A stretch of DNA of 64,000 nt, taken from the human T2T-CHM13v2.0 reference genome, Homo sapiens. The DNA lies in assembly GCF_009914755.1 (NCBI RefSeq), contig NC_060925.1, one strand, 5' to 3'. The notes under the pieces are model-generated. The model did no database searches and was not told where the DNA came from. It saw only the letters and a list, made by a program, of their open reading frames with translations. Shown here one piece after another: positions 1-15,200 of this stretch (within the stretch, counting starts at the first letter, position 1; every line of letters begins with the position of its first letter). Both the position numbers and the translations under genes were made by a program.

Positions 1-316
1 TTTTTTGACTGATTTAGTCACAGTCCGTGCCAGTAAGTGAAATAGTGAATGGATGTCATGTCTTCTCACAAGTTATAAACATTGACATTTCTGCCTACAA
101 AACAATGTTATTATTCTCCTAGTGACTTATTTAAAGTCGTTAGACATTTTCACACTAAAGTCATTCAAATTTATTTTTTAAAATATATTTTAAAGATAAT
201 GAAATCATAGGTAATAATGATCTTAAAACCATCTTGCTACCAAATTAAATCATTTTTACAAACAAAAATTACAACAAAATACATTTCCGCATACATTTTG
301 GCTTGATGAGCTGAAA

Positions 317-317
<1 letters not shown>

Positions 318-350
<33 letters not shown>
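318..350. repeat. (TG)n microsatellite
   Basis: About 16 uninterrupted TG units read directly. Confidence 0.97.
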
Positions 351-353
<3 letters not shown>

Positions 354-1740
354 AGCCAGTCTGCTATGGTTTAGAGTCAACTTAAGAAATATATTTTTGA
401 GATTTCTCCATATTCCTTATAGGTTTCTAATTCATAAACTCTATTAGTGAAAAGAAACCGTAAACTATTAGATAATATCCCAACCCACGAACGAGGTATG
501 TAAAGGAGTATCTGTGGCTCTGAATTCAATTTAACTACTTGCTGGGCTCTTTAACGTAGAAAAATTGTGTGAATCATTTTGATTTGAAAGTGGATTTTGT
601 TTTGTTTTGTCTTTTTAGACTGCTTTTCAAAACTTACCAGAACAATTCTGGTACTTTGTACACATAGGCACTCTCGATTTTAAATCAAAGGACTGCTGCT
701 TTGGAGAATTAAATGAAGGGAAGTATTGGTTGTGTTCCTGTTTTGCTTTCACAAGAATGAAATGAAGGAAACAACAGCAAAGAACATTTGTTCATTAAAA
801 CTGCCTAAAACTTAAGTGAAAAAAAAAGGAATTACTTCCATTCTTCTGGTCAGACTCCAAATTGATTAATTGCATTGTTGTCTTCTTACAGTTTCTTTCT
901 AGCTTCAGCTATAGCTGTTATTTTTCTCTATCCCTCTGCTGAACTACAGTGCAGTTTCTGTATGCATAATGTGAGACGGTGAATTGTTTTACACTCCAGA
1001 GTGAGGAGAGGAAAGGAGGAGGGAAAGGAGATGGGCTCTACTCTTTTCTCTAATTCTAAGAATACTATATAATTTAATCTTTGCCTAGTTTATAACAAAA
1101 CAAAAGTGCTATTGTTTATGTGATATCATTTTCTCTATGATAAAATTATTTGCCTCCAGACACTCCCTATGATAAAAAGATATGATATAATACTAAACTT
1201 ATGATCGAATACATCTTCAACAAAATGATCGAGTACATATTTAGTTAATCCATAGAAGGCCAGGAAGGCAAATAATTAAATATGTTATAAAGTGTTTACA
1301 TAAGTGCTTCTTATGCAAGGTTTTAAGTCATTTTCTTTAGCCTGTAGGGGCTCCTTAACTATGAGAATTGGAAGACCCTGCAGTGTATGGACATAATTTT
1401 TTTTCTTCACATAGAGAATAGTGTTATAGAAAACCTTAGTCAACTTCAGTCTACCAAATGATTTGCAATGTTGTAACATCATTCTATAAATATACTAAAG
1501 ATAAAAATATATATACCAATGCCTCAACAGAAATATATACATAAGTGCACCAAAAAGGTATATGGATGTTCATAGCAATAGAAAACACTATAATTACATG
1601 TAACAAAAGTAAAACAAACAATTCCAGTTTTATAATTCCAATTAATAAATAGTTCAAAAGAGATAATACTAATTTAAGGTGTTGTAAGGATGAGATGGTG
1701 ATTGAAAGCAGGCTTGAGAGGGGCTTCTGAAGCTCCTATT

Positions 1741-1788
1741 AATATAATATAATATAATATAATATAATATAATATAATATAATATAAT
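1741..1788. repeat. (AATAT)n pentanucleotide repeat
   Basis: About 9.5 perfect AATAT units. Confidence 0.95.
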
Positions 1789-1944
1789 GTGTGTATGTAT
1801 GCATCTGGCTTTTGGTTACTTGGCTATATTCACTGTGTGAAAATGCATTCATCTATATAAATATGATTTGTGGCACTTTCTGTACATATATTATTAACAA
1901 CAACATATTGATTAAAATCATTAATATATTCACTAATGCCAGCC

Positions 1945-2645
1945 GATCAGTTAAAATGGCTTTTATCCAAAAGTCAGGCAATAACTAATGCTGGTGAGGA
2001 TGTGGAAAAGAGGGAATCATTGTACACTGTTGGTAGAAATAGAAATTAGTACAGCCACTATGGAGAACAGTGTGGAGGTTTTTCTAAAAACTAAAAATAG
2101 AACCATCATATGATCTAGTAACGTCCCTGTTAGGTGTATACCCAAAAGAAAGGAAATCAGTATATCAAAGATACATCTGCACTTCCATGTTTATTACAGT
2201 CCTATTAACAATAGTCAAGATTTCAAAGCAACCTAAGTGTCATCAACAGAAGAATTGATTAAGAAAATGTGGTGCATATTCAAAATAGAGCACTATCCAG
2301 CCATGATGAGATCCTGTCATTTGCAACAATATGGAGGGAACTGAAGGACATTATGTAAGTGAAATAAGCCAAGTACAGAAAGACAAACTTTGAGTGTTCT
2401 CATTCATTTGCAGGAGCTAAAAATTAAAACAATTGAATTCTTGGAGACAGAGAGCAGAAGGATGTTTACTAGAGGCTGGGAAAGTTAGCGAGGAGGGGGT
2501 GGAAGACGGTATGGTTAAGGGGAACAAAAATGTAGTTAGATAGAATGAATAAGATCTGGTATTTGATAGTACCACAAAGTGACTACAGTCTATGATAATT
2601 CATTTAAAAATAAATGCAAAGGTATAATTGGAATGTTTATAATAT
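1945..2645 (+). mobile_element. L1MA-type LINE-1 3' fragment (end of ORF2 plus 3'UTR)
   Basis: aaaagtcaggcaataactaatgctggtgaggatgtgga..., aagcaacctaagtgt..., atttgcaacaatatgg..., ttagatagaatgaataagatct match the recalled L1MA 3' end. Confidence 0.8.
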
Positions 2646-4089
2646 TATAATATTGCAAAACATGTAATATCTGCAAAGCAAAAGAAAGCAAAGTGAAATA
2701 AAATGATGTATACTTGTATATTACTGTGGATATTACTAAATTTATTAGCTGATAAAACTGGATGTCTATTTGAAGCTAGAATGTATAGAAAGAAAAGTGG
2801 TAAAACATGTGTTTCATGTATGGAAGAGCTTCAGATTTGAGTTCCTACTATGACTCCAGAGTGTGCAATGTCACTAAAGTTAACAAATCACTCCCACCCT
2901 CAATATTCCCATGTTTTAATAGAACTGATTATTCAAGTCACATACGGTTAATTTGAGGAATGGTTCACATAAAAAATTGATAATTGAACAATCTCTTCTG
3001 TTATAGTTAAAAACACAATAAAGCAATATTGGAGCTTAATAAATGTAATTAGATGCTAAATATTTATCTCCCTTTGATATTCCCCTTTATGGGCATTAGG
3101 TTTTTCTGAACACATACATTCTATTTTGCTATAAATGTTTATGACATAGATTCATATACTCCAGGAGATAGTAAGTAGAATGAATACACTCACACAGTAG
3201 ATCAAGTTTGTTTATCCCCTATATTTAAAGATATTTTCAGGATCTTGAGGCAAGAGACCCAGAAAAATAACAGGATCACATTTCTCAAGGAAGAATTGTG
3301 AATATAACATTGCTGAATGGGTCAGTAACATATTGGCCACATTTGATAGAATGAGCAGAACTAGAAATTACTTTATAAATGCAGAAGTAAAATGTCAATT
3401 TATTAAGAAAACTGGAGCTACAAAAGCAAAGGAAACATGAAAACATATGGTAGGCATAAGAATTATAAAATATGAATATGGATAAGCTTCTTGTCACCAC
3501 TGTACATTTTTAGCTTAATTCAGTTTTATAATAACAGCAAAGAATATCTGGGTAAAATTATTTAATAATCTTCTTCGAGAAACAGGTATAAATAGATCCT
3601 ATGTAGATGGATATTATACAGCATAATTATTTGACTATATAATAAAAATATATATGTCTTTTAAAAAATATATGTACAAATCTGTCCTTCTATATTACTT
3701 TCTTTTTACTCCTTTAAATTAGAGATACACATTATTTTCAGGTTGTGTAATGTTGGGGGTTTTTTTGTAATTATTTTTAATACAAATATTTTAGTCAACA
3801 TAAACAAAATATTGGATTCTAATTGTATTTAATTTTCTTCTGAATATAGAGTTCATTTTATACTGAAGATACTTGTACCTATATACCAGCTTCTACTTGG
3901 AGGCACTAAGGCATTTCACATCACTGTCATTGTTATATTTAAAAAAAAAAAAACTGCTGAATCTGAGTTTCCTATTCAGAGTCAGTACGACATAAGAATT
4001 AAATAATAAAATATATTTTTAGAGTTTCCCTATATATTGTGATTATATTCTTTCAATGAAACTTTTAAAATGTGTACTAAGTATAGCAT

Positions 4090-4710
4090 AGCTCTGAAAA
4101 TTTTGAATTCAGCAAAGATTAAGAAATCTCCCAACCCTTAAATGCTGGAAAATAGCTTATTTCTAACGAGCACTTTTTCCTATAGGATTTATTAAAATGG
4201 ATGTATGTGCCTTTTGTTTACCTATGGCAGGTTCAGACAAAGACCCTCTACAATCCCACTCTTTGTTTCATAAATGATACACTGAACTGCTTGTTCCCAT
4301 TGATCGGTTGGCACACATGCTTACTAACTAAACTTTGATTAAGATACACTCTGTCTTCGAAATTCCTGAACTTCTGGCCCACCCTCATCCTGAGCCATCA
4401 TACAACCCCTCCTCAACAGACCCTTCTTGAAAATAGGCTAGCTTTAGGGTAAAACATTCTCTGACCCACCATCTCTTCACATTGCCCTTTCTTTCCACTT
4501 CTGCAGACAGATTTTTAGTCTTATTTACCTGGCTCTGTAAAATAAAACCCCCCTTTTTTTTGCCTAACACTTGAGACTCTAGATCTCTTGATGTTTTTAT
4601 AGTCAGAAAACACTCTCACTGAAATAAGTCTCCTTCCCCTATTACAAAAGTCAGTTTTGTCACACTGCAAAAAAATCCTTTGAAATAGTCTCTCTCCTTA
4701 TTAGCTTTGG
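4090..4710 (+). mobile_element. Old ERV1-class solo LTR (MER67/MER31-like, subfamily uncertain)
   Basis: Recalled motifs cctgaacttctggcccaccctca..ctgagcca, aaactttgattaag, agggtaaaacattctctg; AATAAA near 4541. Confidence 0.45.
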
Positions 4711-5013
4711 ATTTTTTTTAATCTGAAAGTACTATCATTGACTCAGTTTAACTTAAATGAATAGATTATATCTCGACTGAAGTTTCTCTTAAAATGTACA
4801 TTTTATTTTTGAAAGTTTGGGTGACTATTTTTTAATATACGAGATAGAATGTACATTCCCAGAACTAATACACATAATAAAACTATCCTTGAACGTTTCA
4901 TAGCGCTCAAGTATTCTCTTATCCAACCATTACAAACCCCAAATCAAAATTGAGGGAAATAAACAAAAGAACTTAAATAGATGGATTAGAACTATAGAAC
5001 TATGCTACTCAAA

Positions 5014-5890
5014 TTGGTACATATACACCATAGAATACTATGCAGCCATAAAAAAGAATGAGGTCATGTTCTTTGCAGGACATGGATGGAGTTAGAGGCC
5101 ATTATTCTTAGTAAACTAACACAGGAACAGAAAATCAAATACTGCAACTTCTCACAATAGGGAGCTAAATGATGAGAACACATGGACACATAGAGGGGAA
5201 CAACACACACTGAGGCTTTTCAGGGAGTGGAGGGTGGGAGGAGGGAGAGGATTAGAAAAAAATTACTAATGAGCACATGCACATGTATGTTTATTGCAAC
5301 ACTGTTCACAATAGCAAAGATTTGGAACCAACCCAAATGCCCATCAATGATAGACTGGATAAAGAAAATATGGCACATATACACCATGGAATACTATGCA
5401 GCCATAAAAAAGGACGAGTTCATGTCCTTTGCTGGGACACAGTTGAAGCTGGAAACCATCATTCTCAGAAAACTAACACAGAAACAGAAAACCAAACACT
5501 GCATGTTCTCACTCATAAGTGGGAGTTGAACAATGAGAACACATGGACACAGGGAGGGGAATATCACACACCAGAGACTGTTGGGGGGTGGGGGGGCTGG
5601 GGGAGGGATAGCATTAGGTGAAATACCTAATGTAGATGATGGGCTGATGGGTTCAGCAAACCACCATGGCACATGTATACCTATGTAACAAACCTGCACG
5701 TTCTGCACATGTATCCCAGAACTTAAAGTATAATAATAAAAAAATGAAAAAAATTACTAATGGGCACTGGGCTTAATACCTGGGTGATGAAATAATCTGT
5801 ACAACACACCCCCATGACACAAGTTTACCTAGGTAACTAGCCTACACATGTACACCTGAAATTAAAATGAAAGTAAAAAAGAAAAAAAAG
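5014..5890 (+). mobile_element. Older L1PA (about L1PA13-16) 3' end, interrupted by a younger L1PA
   Basis: ggagctaaatgatgagaacacatggacacatagaggggaacaacacacactg, resuming after the insert with gcttaatacctgggtgatgaaataatctgtaca and an A-tail. Confidence 0.88.
5272..5745 (+). mobile_element. 5'-truncated L1PA (about L1PA7-8) 3' end nested in an older L1
   Basis: ORF2 C-terminus (WHIYTMEYYAAIKK), 3'UTR G-tract and A-tail; perfect 17-bp TSD gaaaaaaattactaatg at 5255-5271 and 5746-5762. Confidence 0.93.
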
Positions 5891-5949
5891 ACTCCTTAGA
5901 ACTCAATTCTAAATATATATTACAGATAGGTAGTCTGAGAGTATAGAGA

Positions 5950-6310
5950 TGCTATGGTTTCAATGTGGCCCCCAAAGTTTACAAGTTGGAATATTAATCT
6001 CCAGTGCCACAGTGTTGAAGTAGAACCTTTAAAAGGTGACTAGTTCCTGAAGACTTTACTCCCATTAATGGATTATCATGAGAGTGGGTTAGTTCTTGAT
6101 AAAAGGATGAGTTTGGCCCCCTTTCTCTCTCTCACTCTCTCTCCTTCCACTATGGAATGTTGCAGCAAGAAGGCCTTCACTAGATGCCGGACAGATCCCT
6201 TCCCAGCCTCCAGAACTGTGAGCCAAATACATTTATTATCTTTATAAATGTATAAATTGCTCAGTCCTTGGTACTCTGTTATAGCAGCACAAAACAAATA
6301 TATTAAAGAT
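5950..6310 (+). mobile_element. MaLR solo LTR (MSTC/MSTD/MLT1A-like)
   Basis: Starts tgctatggttt; contains cagcaagaaggcc..., ttcccagcctccagaactgtgagccaaata; ends ttatagcagcacaaaac. Confidence 0.8.
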
Positions 6311-6823
6311 GAAGTAATTTGAGACCCTAGAGATGAACTATTTCACCCACAATAATGTATTTAGTATGAAGTGAAACCTTGGAGAAGACTTTGGTAAACA
6401 GGCAAAAGATTGTTATGTATCATATCTGACAATAAAAATGACCTGACTTGTTTCAGAATCTGTTAGGCAGATTTACTCAACCTCAAAGTTCTCATTCAGT
6501 TTTTAAAGCTTCATACTAAAGTATAAAATACATTCAGTATAAAATACATTCAGGCAAGTGTACATATCAGAATTGTATAGCTAGTTGAATTTGCACAAAC
6601 TGAGTACACTTGTGTATAAAAGCATCCTCTAATTTCATTGTATGCCATGAATGTTAAAGTCACATCTTGAGATTGTCAACTTATAAAGCCTACAGAAGAG
6701 CAAAAGAACATAAACTAAGCAAACTTGCAGTTGAATCAGGACATAATACTTGTGACTCTACCACATTGGAATGTTGATTAATCTTTCCAAGCTCGGAGTA
6801 GCCACTTTTAAAAGAGGGCTGTT

Positions 6824-7153
6824 GGCCAGGCACAGTGGCTCACACCTGTAATCCCAGCACTTTGGGAGACCAAGGCAGGCAGATCATGAGGTCAAGAGTT
6901 CAAGACCAGCCTGGCCAATATGGTGAAACACCGTCTCTACTAAAAATACAAAAATTAGCTGTGCGTGGTGGCATGTACAGGTGGGACCTGTAGTCCCAGC
7001 TACTCAGGAGACTGAGGCAGGAGGATTGCTTGAACCCAGGAGGTGGAGGTTGCAGTGAGCCAAGATCACATCACTGCACTCCAGCCTGGGCAACAAAGCA
7101 AGACTCCGTTTCAAGAGACTCCATTTCAAAAAAAAAAAAAAAAAGAAAAGAAA
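6824..7153 (+). mobile_element. Alu (AluS, Sg/Sc-like)
   Basis: Dimeric Alu with A-tail; gatcatgagg lacks the 2-nt CC; degenerate TSD aaaagagggctgtt / aaaagatgggagtt. Confidence 0.96.
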
Positions 7154-8059
7154 AGATGGGAGTTAACCCTTTACAGATTTCTTAACAGATAAAAGAGATC
7201 ACATGAAATGTGAAACATAAGCATAACATATAGTGGATACTTCTTAAAAACTCATAGTTTTTAATATTAATCTAAAGACCCTCTAAAATGCTTGAAGAAC
7301 AATTTAAGGCACTAATAGTGTAACTTAAAACAGCCTCTCATACTTTCCCTTTTTGTATTCTTTCATTATCACTGAATGCCCCTTCATCAGGTTAATGTCC
7401 CCGCCCCTGGGCAGTCAAGGCTTAATAGAGAGAAATCACATAACACTGTTAATTGCCTCATCAAAATTTATGATTGCTAACCTTGGCTGGATATTCAGCT
7501 CTACTCAGCAATCTTTTTATTTACGTTTAATTGGCTTCTTTTCACGTTTTCTGGAGTGCCAATTACTTTTTTTTTCTTAAATTCCCCTCAAACCTTTCAT
7601 CTTCTTTCAGCCACCTTCACACAGAGGATGTTCTTGCCTCACAGGTTACTTAGAAGTTCAATACCAGCAGCTCTTCGAATTCCTTTAACTCCTTTTGGTC
7701 CCACCTATTTGAGGACCTAGACCCTTCCTAATGGTTTCCCAACCTCACTGCCTGATCTTCTGTTTCGAATTGCCTTTAAATTCATATTATTGTGCATTTC
7801 TCAACTCTTCCTTTAATCAACCCTGCAAGTTTCCAAAGACTCATATATTCTTATATTCGATGTGTCAAACTTTTCCAATTTGGCTTGACTCACAAATGCC
7901 TGCCTCTGATTTTGACTTTCTTTTTCTTTTCTTGTTGTTTTTGTTTGTTTGTTTTTGTTTTGTTGTGTTTATTTTTGTTTTTGTAGGATGGATTTAAACC
8001 TATGGAATTATATCCACAACACTTGGAACAGAGGCAGGACACTAAAAAAAGAAAAAATT

Positions 8060-8386
<327 letters not shown>

Positions 8387-9165
8387 TGTAAAGGCCCCTT
8401 TGGACTTTCAGTAGCTACTCTTTAACAGATAATAATATAGCTGTTTGTTTCACTTGTCTATATAAATATTATGTGTAAGGAACAGTTTGGAGTTTTATGT
8501 TTGCTTGAATAAAAATATACAGTTCTGAAGCAAATACTATGATGGTTCTTTGGAATTTTGAAGTTGCTGCTGAGTGATCTGAGACTAGAAAGTAATTTGC
8601 TATTTCAATTTCTCAGACGTTGCAAGAGCAGAATATTTTGCTGGTGTCATACAACTTCAGAGTGAAAACTGATAAAAGTGCCAGTGGTCTCTGTGGCTCT
8701 CCTTATTATTATTATACTCTAAAGATATTATTAGAACATTCTCGTACTACGTGTGAAGTATATTTTTCTAACAAGGAAAGAAAAAAATTAAAAGTGAGTT
8801 GTTGAAGAGGTTAAAGCTTCATGAAATCATGATTGAGAATTTAATTTTCTAAATGTGTACAGAAACTAAGCATGCTTCAATAATATAGAAAAGAATTTTC
8901 AGTCATCTATCTGTGACTGCCAAAGTGAGCAGATAAGGATAATAAGAAAGTTTCAGGAAAAACTGAGGGTGTGTGAGAGAGATGAACAGAACTGAAAATG
9001 ATAAGGAGATCTCTGACAATCATAGGTAATATCTGTAGTGCCTTTCAGAAAGGAGTGAGACAGGGAACTTAGAGATTCATATGCAGGCTATGCACAAAGC
9101 AAATTGAAAACCACATTTGGACATATTATTTAAGGTAGGAGAAATAGTTGGTTTAATCACGTGGA

Positions 9166-9473
<308 letters not shown>

Positions 9474-11410
9474 ATCCTTTTTGGATAAATACATGTGTTA
9501 CAAATCCCACCTGGGTTTGAACACCATATCTAATAAATTATTTGCAATTGGAAGATGTAGAATTTATTTTGTTATACATAATAACGCACTTTTGAAAATG
9601 GTGCAACATATGTAGTTTAAAACAAATCATTCTTACATAGATTTAATATAAATTGTTTTTAAAATTGATATGCAAAACCTGTGTATATTTTGCTATAATT
9701 AATGTGTTTTCCTCAATATGTTGAAGGGGAGCTTGGCTTACTCTGTCTTACCCTGAAGGCCTGTACTTGAATCAATGAGAACAAATTTTTCTGGAGTTAG
9801 ATAAGATTTGGTGAAATATTTTATTTTCTTCTCTTAGGACACTGCAGAAAAAAATTTATGTTTGGCATAAAGTTGAATCAGATTTTCTCCATATTCTTCT
9901 CAAAGATAGAGGTGTTATAAAAAATTAACAGTAAAAATATTTCAAAACTTCTATTTAATGTATGGATGGACTAGCTAAATTTTAATCATCAAATTGCCCT
10001 GTTTTATTTTAAATAACATGATTAAATGAGGTCATTCTCTTTAACAAAATGCTTTAGAGTATTGTTTATTCCTGATAAGTAAGTTCTTACATATAACTAA
10101 AACATAAAAATTTTAAACTATTTTTAATTTAAAAAATTTAGTTGCACTTCATAATCCTCCATCATTTGGAATGGGTGAGAAAAAAGTTTAAAGTTATTCC
10201 TGTTGATTTACTGCTAACAATATCACAGTAAATAATTTTAATTCTCAGTGCCAAGCCTGTCTTTCTTTATGTCTACAACTTCCAAAATATAAGCTTTTTT
10301 TCTTTTTTATGTGCCGACTACCAAAAGCAATTAATTCAGTTAAAATGCAGATGGCCTTGAGAGAACTGAAATAAGCATTCTGGGAATTACTAACTCTAAT
10401 TGAGAAGGTACCTTTGAAAATATATACATGGACAAGACCTGTCTACCAATTTAAAATTTATCAAATAACTGCAGCATTCTCGTTGGGTAGATTGGAGTTT
10501 GAAGGTTATATAAGCTAAGTAGGACTTTCATTGTTAGAATAATTTTTCCCCTGGAAGAATTTTCCTGGCCTGTCATATTTCCTGTGCCTGGCTGGATCAA
10601 AGGGGCTTGGTTTACAGTTTATTTAATGGTCCAAGTCACTTTTATTCATATCCTGAAATGAAGGTCAGACTCTTGTTGCACAACACCATGATATATTCTG
10701 TGTAAGCACATACAACAACTCTGACAGCATTAGTTCGCGAATGCTGCTAATTGCCCATCAAAACATATCATGCTAAAGCCTTCTCTATGTAGCATGAAGC
10801 ACCAAAAGGGTATTAAAATAAAAAAAAACGTTGATTGACCTATGTGCAATATCTAATCCATTATACTTAGGGAGTTATTTTTTCATATTTTATAATTTTC
10901 CATTTTCTGTATTTTTTCTCTGATATTTTATAGTAATTTTGCAGTTATAACAATTGCCAGTTCTTATGGATATAGCAGCACTTTGATTTGAATGTGACAT
11001 GAAATTGGTAAAGAGTAACATTTGTTAGCTAGTGTCATGTGGAAATGATGCTGTTTTATGGAATGATTAATCATAAGTACAATGGAAAATTAATTTTCAG
11101 TATAAATATTAACTAGTAAGTTTTCCTTTTCTGCAAAAGGAACCACATGCAAAATCCTCTTCACCCTAGTAGAACATAGAAATGAATAGGTGAAAATATT
11201 ACTTTTTCTCAGATAAAAATTTGGTACAAACAAAACCTTTGAAAATAGATAAAGAAAAAAGGCTTTTATGGGTTAACCATTCATGTGTATCATCAGTTTT
11301 GGGCCGATCATGTTTGAATTTAACAAAATTTTTATAGAAGTTATAATTTTATATAAATTATAAAGTGTTTAGTTTACAGTGAATCTTCAAATTTGTTGAT
11401 GAAAATATAG

Positions 11411-11787
11411 TGTAGCAATCTGTTCTTATGATGCTATGAAGAAATACCCCAAGACTGGGTAATTTATAAAGGAAAGAGGTTTAATTGGCTCACAGTTCTG
11501 CATTGCGTGGGAGACCTCAGGGAACTTACAATCCTGGTGGAAGGCAAAGGAGAAGAAAGCACCTTCTTCACAGAAAAGCAGGACAGAGTGAGTGCAAGCA
11601 CGGGAAATGCCAAATGCTTATATAACCATCAGATCTCATGAGACTCACTCATTATCACGAGAACAGCATGGGAGAAACGGCCCCCATGATCTGATTAACC
11701 TCACCTGTTCCTGCCGTTGGTATGTGGGGATTATGGGGATTACAATTCAAGATGATTTTTGGATGGGGACACAGCCAAATCACATCA
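11411..11787 (-). mobile_element. THE1 (THE1D-like) MaLR solo LTR
   Basis: Typical THE1 body (aagactgggtaatttataaaggaaagagg...ggggacacagccaaa); perfect 5-bp TSD tatag at 11406-11410 and 11788-11792. Confidence 0.92.
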
Positions 11788-12491
11788 TATAGTAATAATA
11801 GCTCTCAAGACCTTCCAACAAAAATGGCAATAACAGCATCAAATGGTATGAGTATATTCACACACATGTGAATTTGCATAACTGAGACATCACAAGAATG
11901 AAGAGAGCTAAAAATTGGGACAAAACTTGGAGTATCCTCTTGTTTAAAATTTTTATTTCATCATTGCTTATCAGCAGATTTTTCCTGCATAAAATTGAGA
12001 TGCTACATAAGAAACTAAAAGTAGTACTTTAGAGTTGCTTTGTATTGTACTTAATATAAAGTATGTATAAATGTAGATAGCTAGAGAAAGTGGGTTAAGT
12101 AAATAAATCAATTTAACTCCCCATATTTATATAAACATTATTAAAGAGTGGTTTATGTATACAATTTAATGAGTTTTGTCAAATGCATATGACTGTGAAT
12201 CAACTCCTACAAAAGTTGTACTTGAAAATTTCTTTCATAAAAGGGTCGAATGTAATATTTATATTTGAGAAGTAGAAAGTAATTATTAGTGGAAAATTTG
12301 CAAGAATCAGATGTAGACCTTGGCATGTATATGTATGTTTGAAGCTTCCACATGGAGGTTTTTAACGATTGTGAATATTTAAATCATATATCTTATACGA
12401 GACTCATTTCCAGAAAAATGGTAGGAAGAGCTCTACTGACCCGCTCTCTAGTGAAACAAATATTGCTGGTACAAATTATTAAATAAATACA

Positions 12492-12492
<1 letters not shown>

Positions 12493-12532
<40 letters not shown>
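12493..12532. repeat. (CA)n microsatellite
   Basis: About 20 CA units. Confidence 0.97.
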
Positions 12533-12538
<6 letters not shown>

Positions 12539-15200
12539 GGCACATATAGGTAGAGAGAAATTAGAAATTGTCCTCAGGGCAGCAAATGAAGGAACATTTA
12601 TTCGTTTAATCTACTACATATCAGAAAATGAAAGAGCTAGAATGTGGGCAATTGAGCCATAATTTACTCTCTTATTCCCTTCTAGGTCAACACAATGGAA
12701 GCTTCACTCCAGGCAATTACAGCCAAGAAAATAGATCTCCCTTATCTTGCTCTTGGTCAAGGGATGCAACATTTCTCATTCTGCACAGCTGTTTGTTGAA
12801 GACCAATATATCCAGGTGAATGAGGCTGAGAAGTCTGGGAGCTCCTGTTCTCTACCCAGCATTTAAAATAAAAATCTACTTCAGGCATGGCAGACTGAGA
12901 ATACTGATACCTGATCACCTTTACCCAAACTTGCCAGAAGGTTGAAGTTTCCATGTTAGGAGAGGTAAGCTAAGAACAGACTACCATTTTCATCCAACTC
13001 CCATCTCATAAGGAAGGAGTATTACTCCAAGAGAGATTGATTACTTCTGAGTTCTAGAGAAGTAGCTCAGATACTATGACCTTAAAAGGAGGCAGGCCAT
13101 ATAGCGGAGAGATCCAAAGTTCCCCTCAAAGGAATTGACTTTCTTTATAACAGTATGTGAAGTGGTTTAAGTCAAAGGACACTCTTAAAAACAATGGAGA
13201 TATGGTGGTACCTTATTTAGAGAAGAATGATACTGTCCTCAGAACAATAAGCTAATCCATATACCAGAAAGTTTACGAAGAAAACCCAAGATAAGTGAGA
13301 GCTAAAAGGAGATCTCTTGGAGTCAGACAACCTTCAAAATATAACCTCAAAACTACCCAGGCAAAGAGACCCAGATTTAGTTGTATCAGACTGTGAAGCA
13401 AATTATGCTTCAGATTGTACAGTTAAGGCAACTGTCTGAAGATAAGTGAAATCTAAGAAATTGGTATGATAGCAAGAGAGATGAGGGAAAGCTACGGTGA
13501 GAGAGAGTCTTGCTAAAACCACTGTCATCCCATGGTCACTGTGGATATGCCTAGGGCTGTGACCTCTAAGCAGCAACATCAGAACCTTCACACTGTAGGG
13601 GAAATCCATTACTAAAACAGTCCAGCTGAGTCATCAAACAAGTAAACAAGCAACAAACAATAGCAGCAACAATATAAGCTCCATAAATAAAGGGTGGAAA
13701 ATATTCAGAGTTACTAAAATATTTCCTCTAAAATGTCCAATTTCAACAAAAATTTATGGATCTGAATTTTTTTTAATGTGACAAATCACATGGGAAAAGA
13801 ATCAGACAACAGAAATTGCCTGCAAGAATACCAAGATACCAGAATTATGAGACAAATGGTTCAATGCAGCCATTATAAATATCTTCAAAGAAACTATGAA
13901 ACTCTGCTCAGAAAAGTAAAGAAGATATTATGGCAATTCATCAATAGAGAATATTACTAAAAAATAGAAATTATAAATAAATAATCAAATGGAAATTCTG
14001 GAATTGAAATATTCAATAACTGAAATGAAAAATTCACTAAAGGGACACAACAAATTTGAACTGGCAGAAGAAAGAATCAATTAACTTACAAATAGATGTA
14101 GCCAGATTATGCAATCTCAACGACCAATAAAAAAAAGAATGAATAAAAATAAGAAGAGCTTCAGAAGAATGCAGGACAACACAGCAACTAACATATAATG
14201 AAAGTACAAGAGGGGAGGAATGAAAGAAAAAAATCTATTGAAAGAAAAACTGTCAGAAAACTTTTCAACATTTCTGAAAGACATTAACATACACATCCAA
14301 GAAGCTAAATGAAGCCCAAATGGGATAAATATAAAGAGATCCACAAATCATGTCAAAAATGTTGAAAAAAAATCGAAAAAACAACTATGGAAAAGGCCAA
14401 GAAAAAGTAACTTGTCATGTACTAGAAAATTCCAGGAAGAAGGAACAGTTAGTTTAACATCAAAAACAAATGTAATATATCATATCAATTGAATCTAGGG
14501 GAAAAAACACAAGATTTTTTAAATACATGCAGAAAAAGCATTTGCAAAAATCCAGTACCCTGTATGATAAAAATTTTTAAAAAACTAGGAATAAAAGGGA
14601 AATTCTTCAATGTGATGAAGGGAATCTATGAAAAACTCACAGTTAATATCATACTTATTAGAAAGAATCAATGCTTTTTCCTTAAGACATGACAAGAATG
14701 TCTGTTCTTGCTGCTTCTATTCAACGTTATACTGGTTGAATACTCAAGGTTCTAGCCAAGACTGTTAGGAAAGAAAATGAAATAGAAGGCATTCCAATTA
14801 GAAAGGAAGAAGTTAAATTATCTCAATTTGCATATCACATGCTCTTATATAAATTCTTAAGGATTCCACTGAAACCTATTGAACTAATAAAGGAGTTCAA
14901 CATGGCTGAAATGTACAAAATTATTATAGGAAATAATTATTTTTCTATAGGAAAGCAATGAACAATTCAAAACTGAAACCAAGATGACTTCATTTACAAT
15001 TGCATCTAGAATACAATAATTCGCAATTTCAAAATTTAGTTTGAAGCTATAGAATTAAGACATTATGGTACTAATATCACAAGTAAACCCTTACATTCAT
15101 GCTCAATTGATTTTTAACAAGTGTGACAAGACAATTCAATGGAGAAAAACAGTATTTTCCACACCTAGAGCTGGAACAACTAGATATCCAGAGACAAAGG

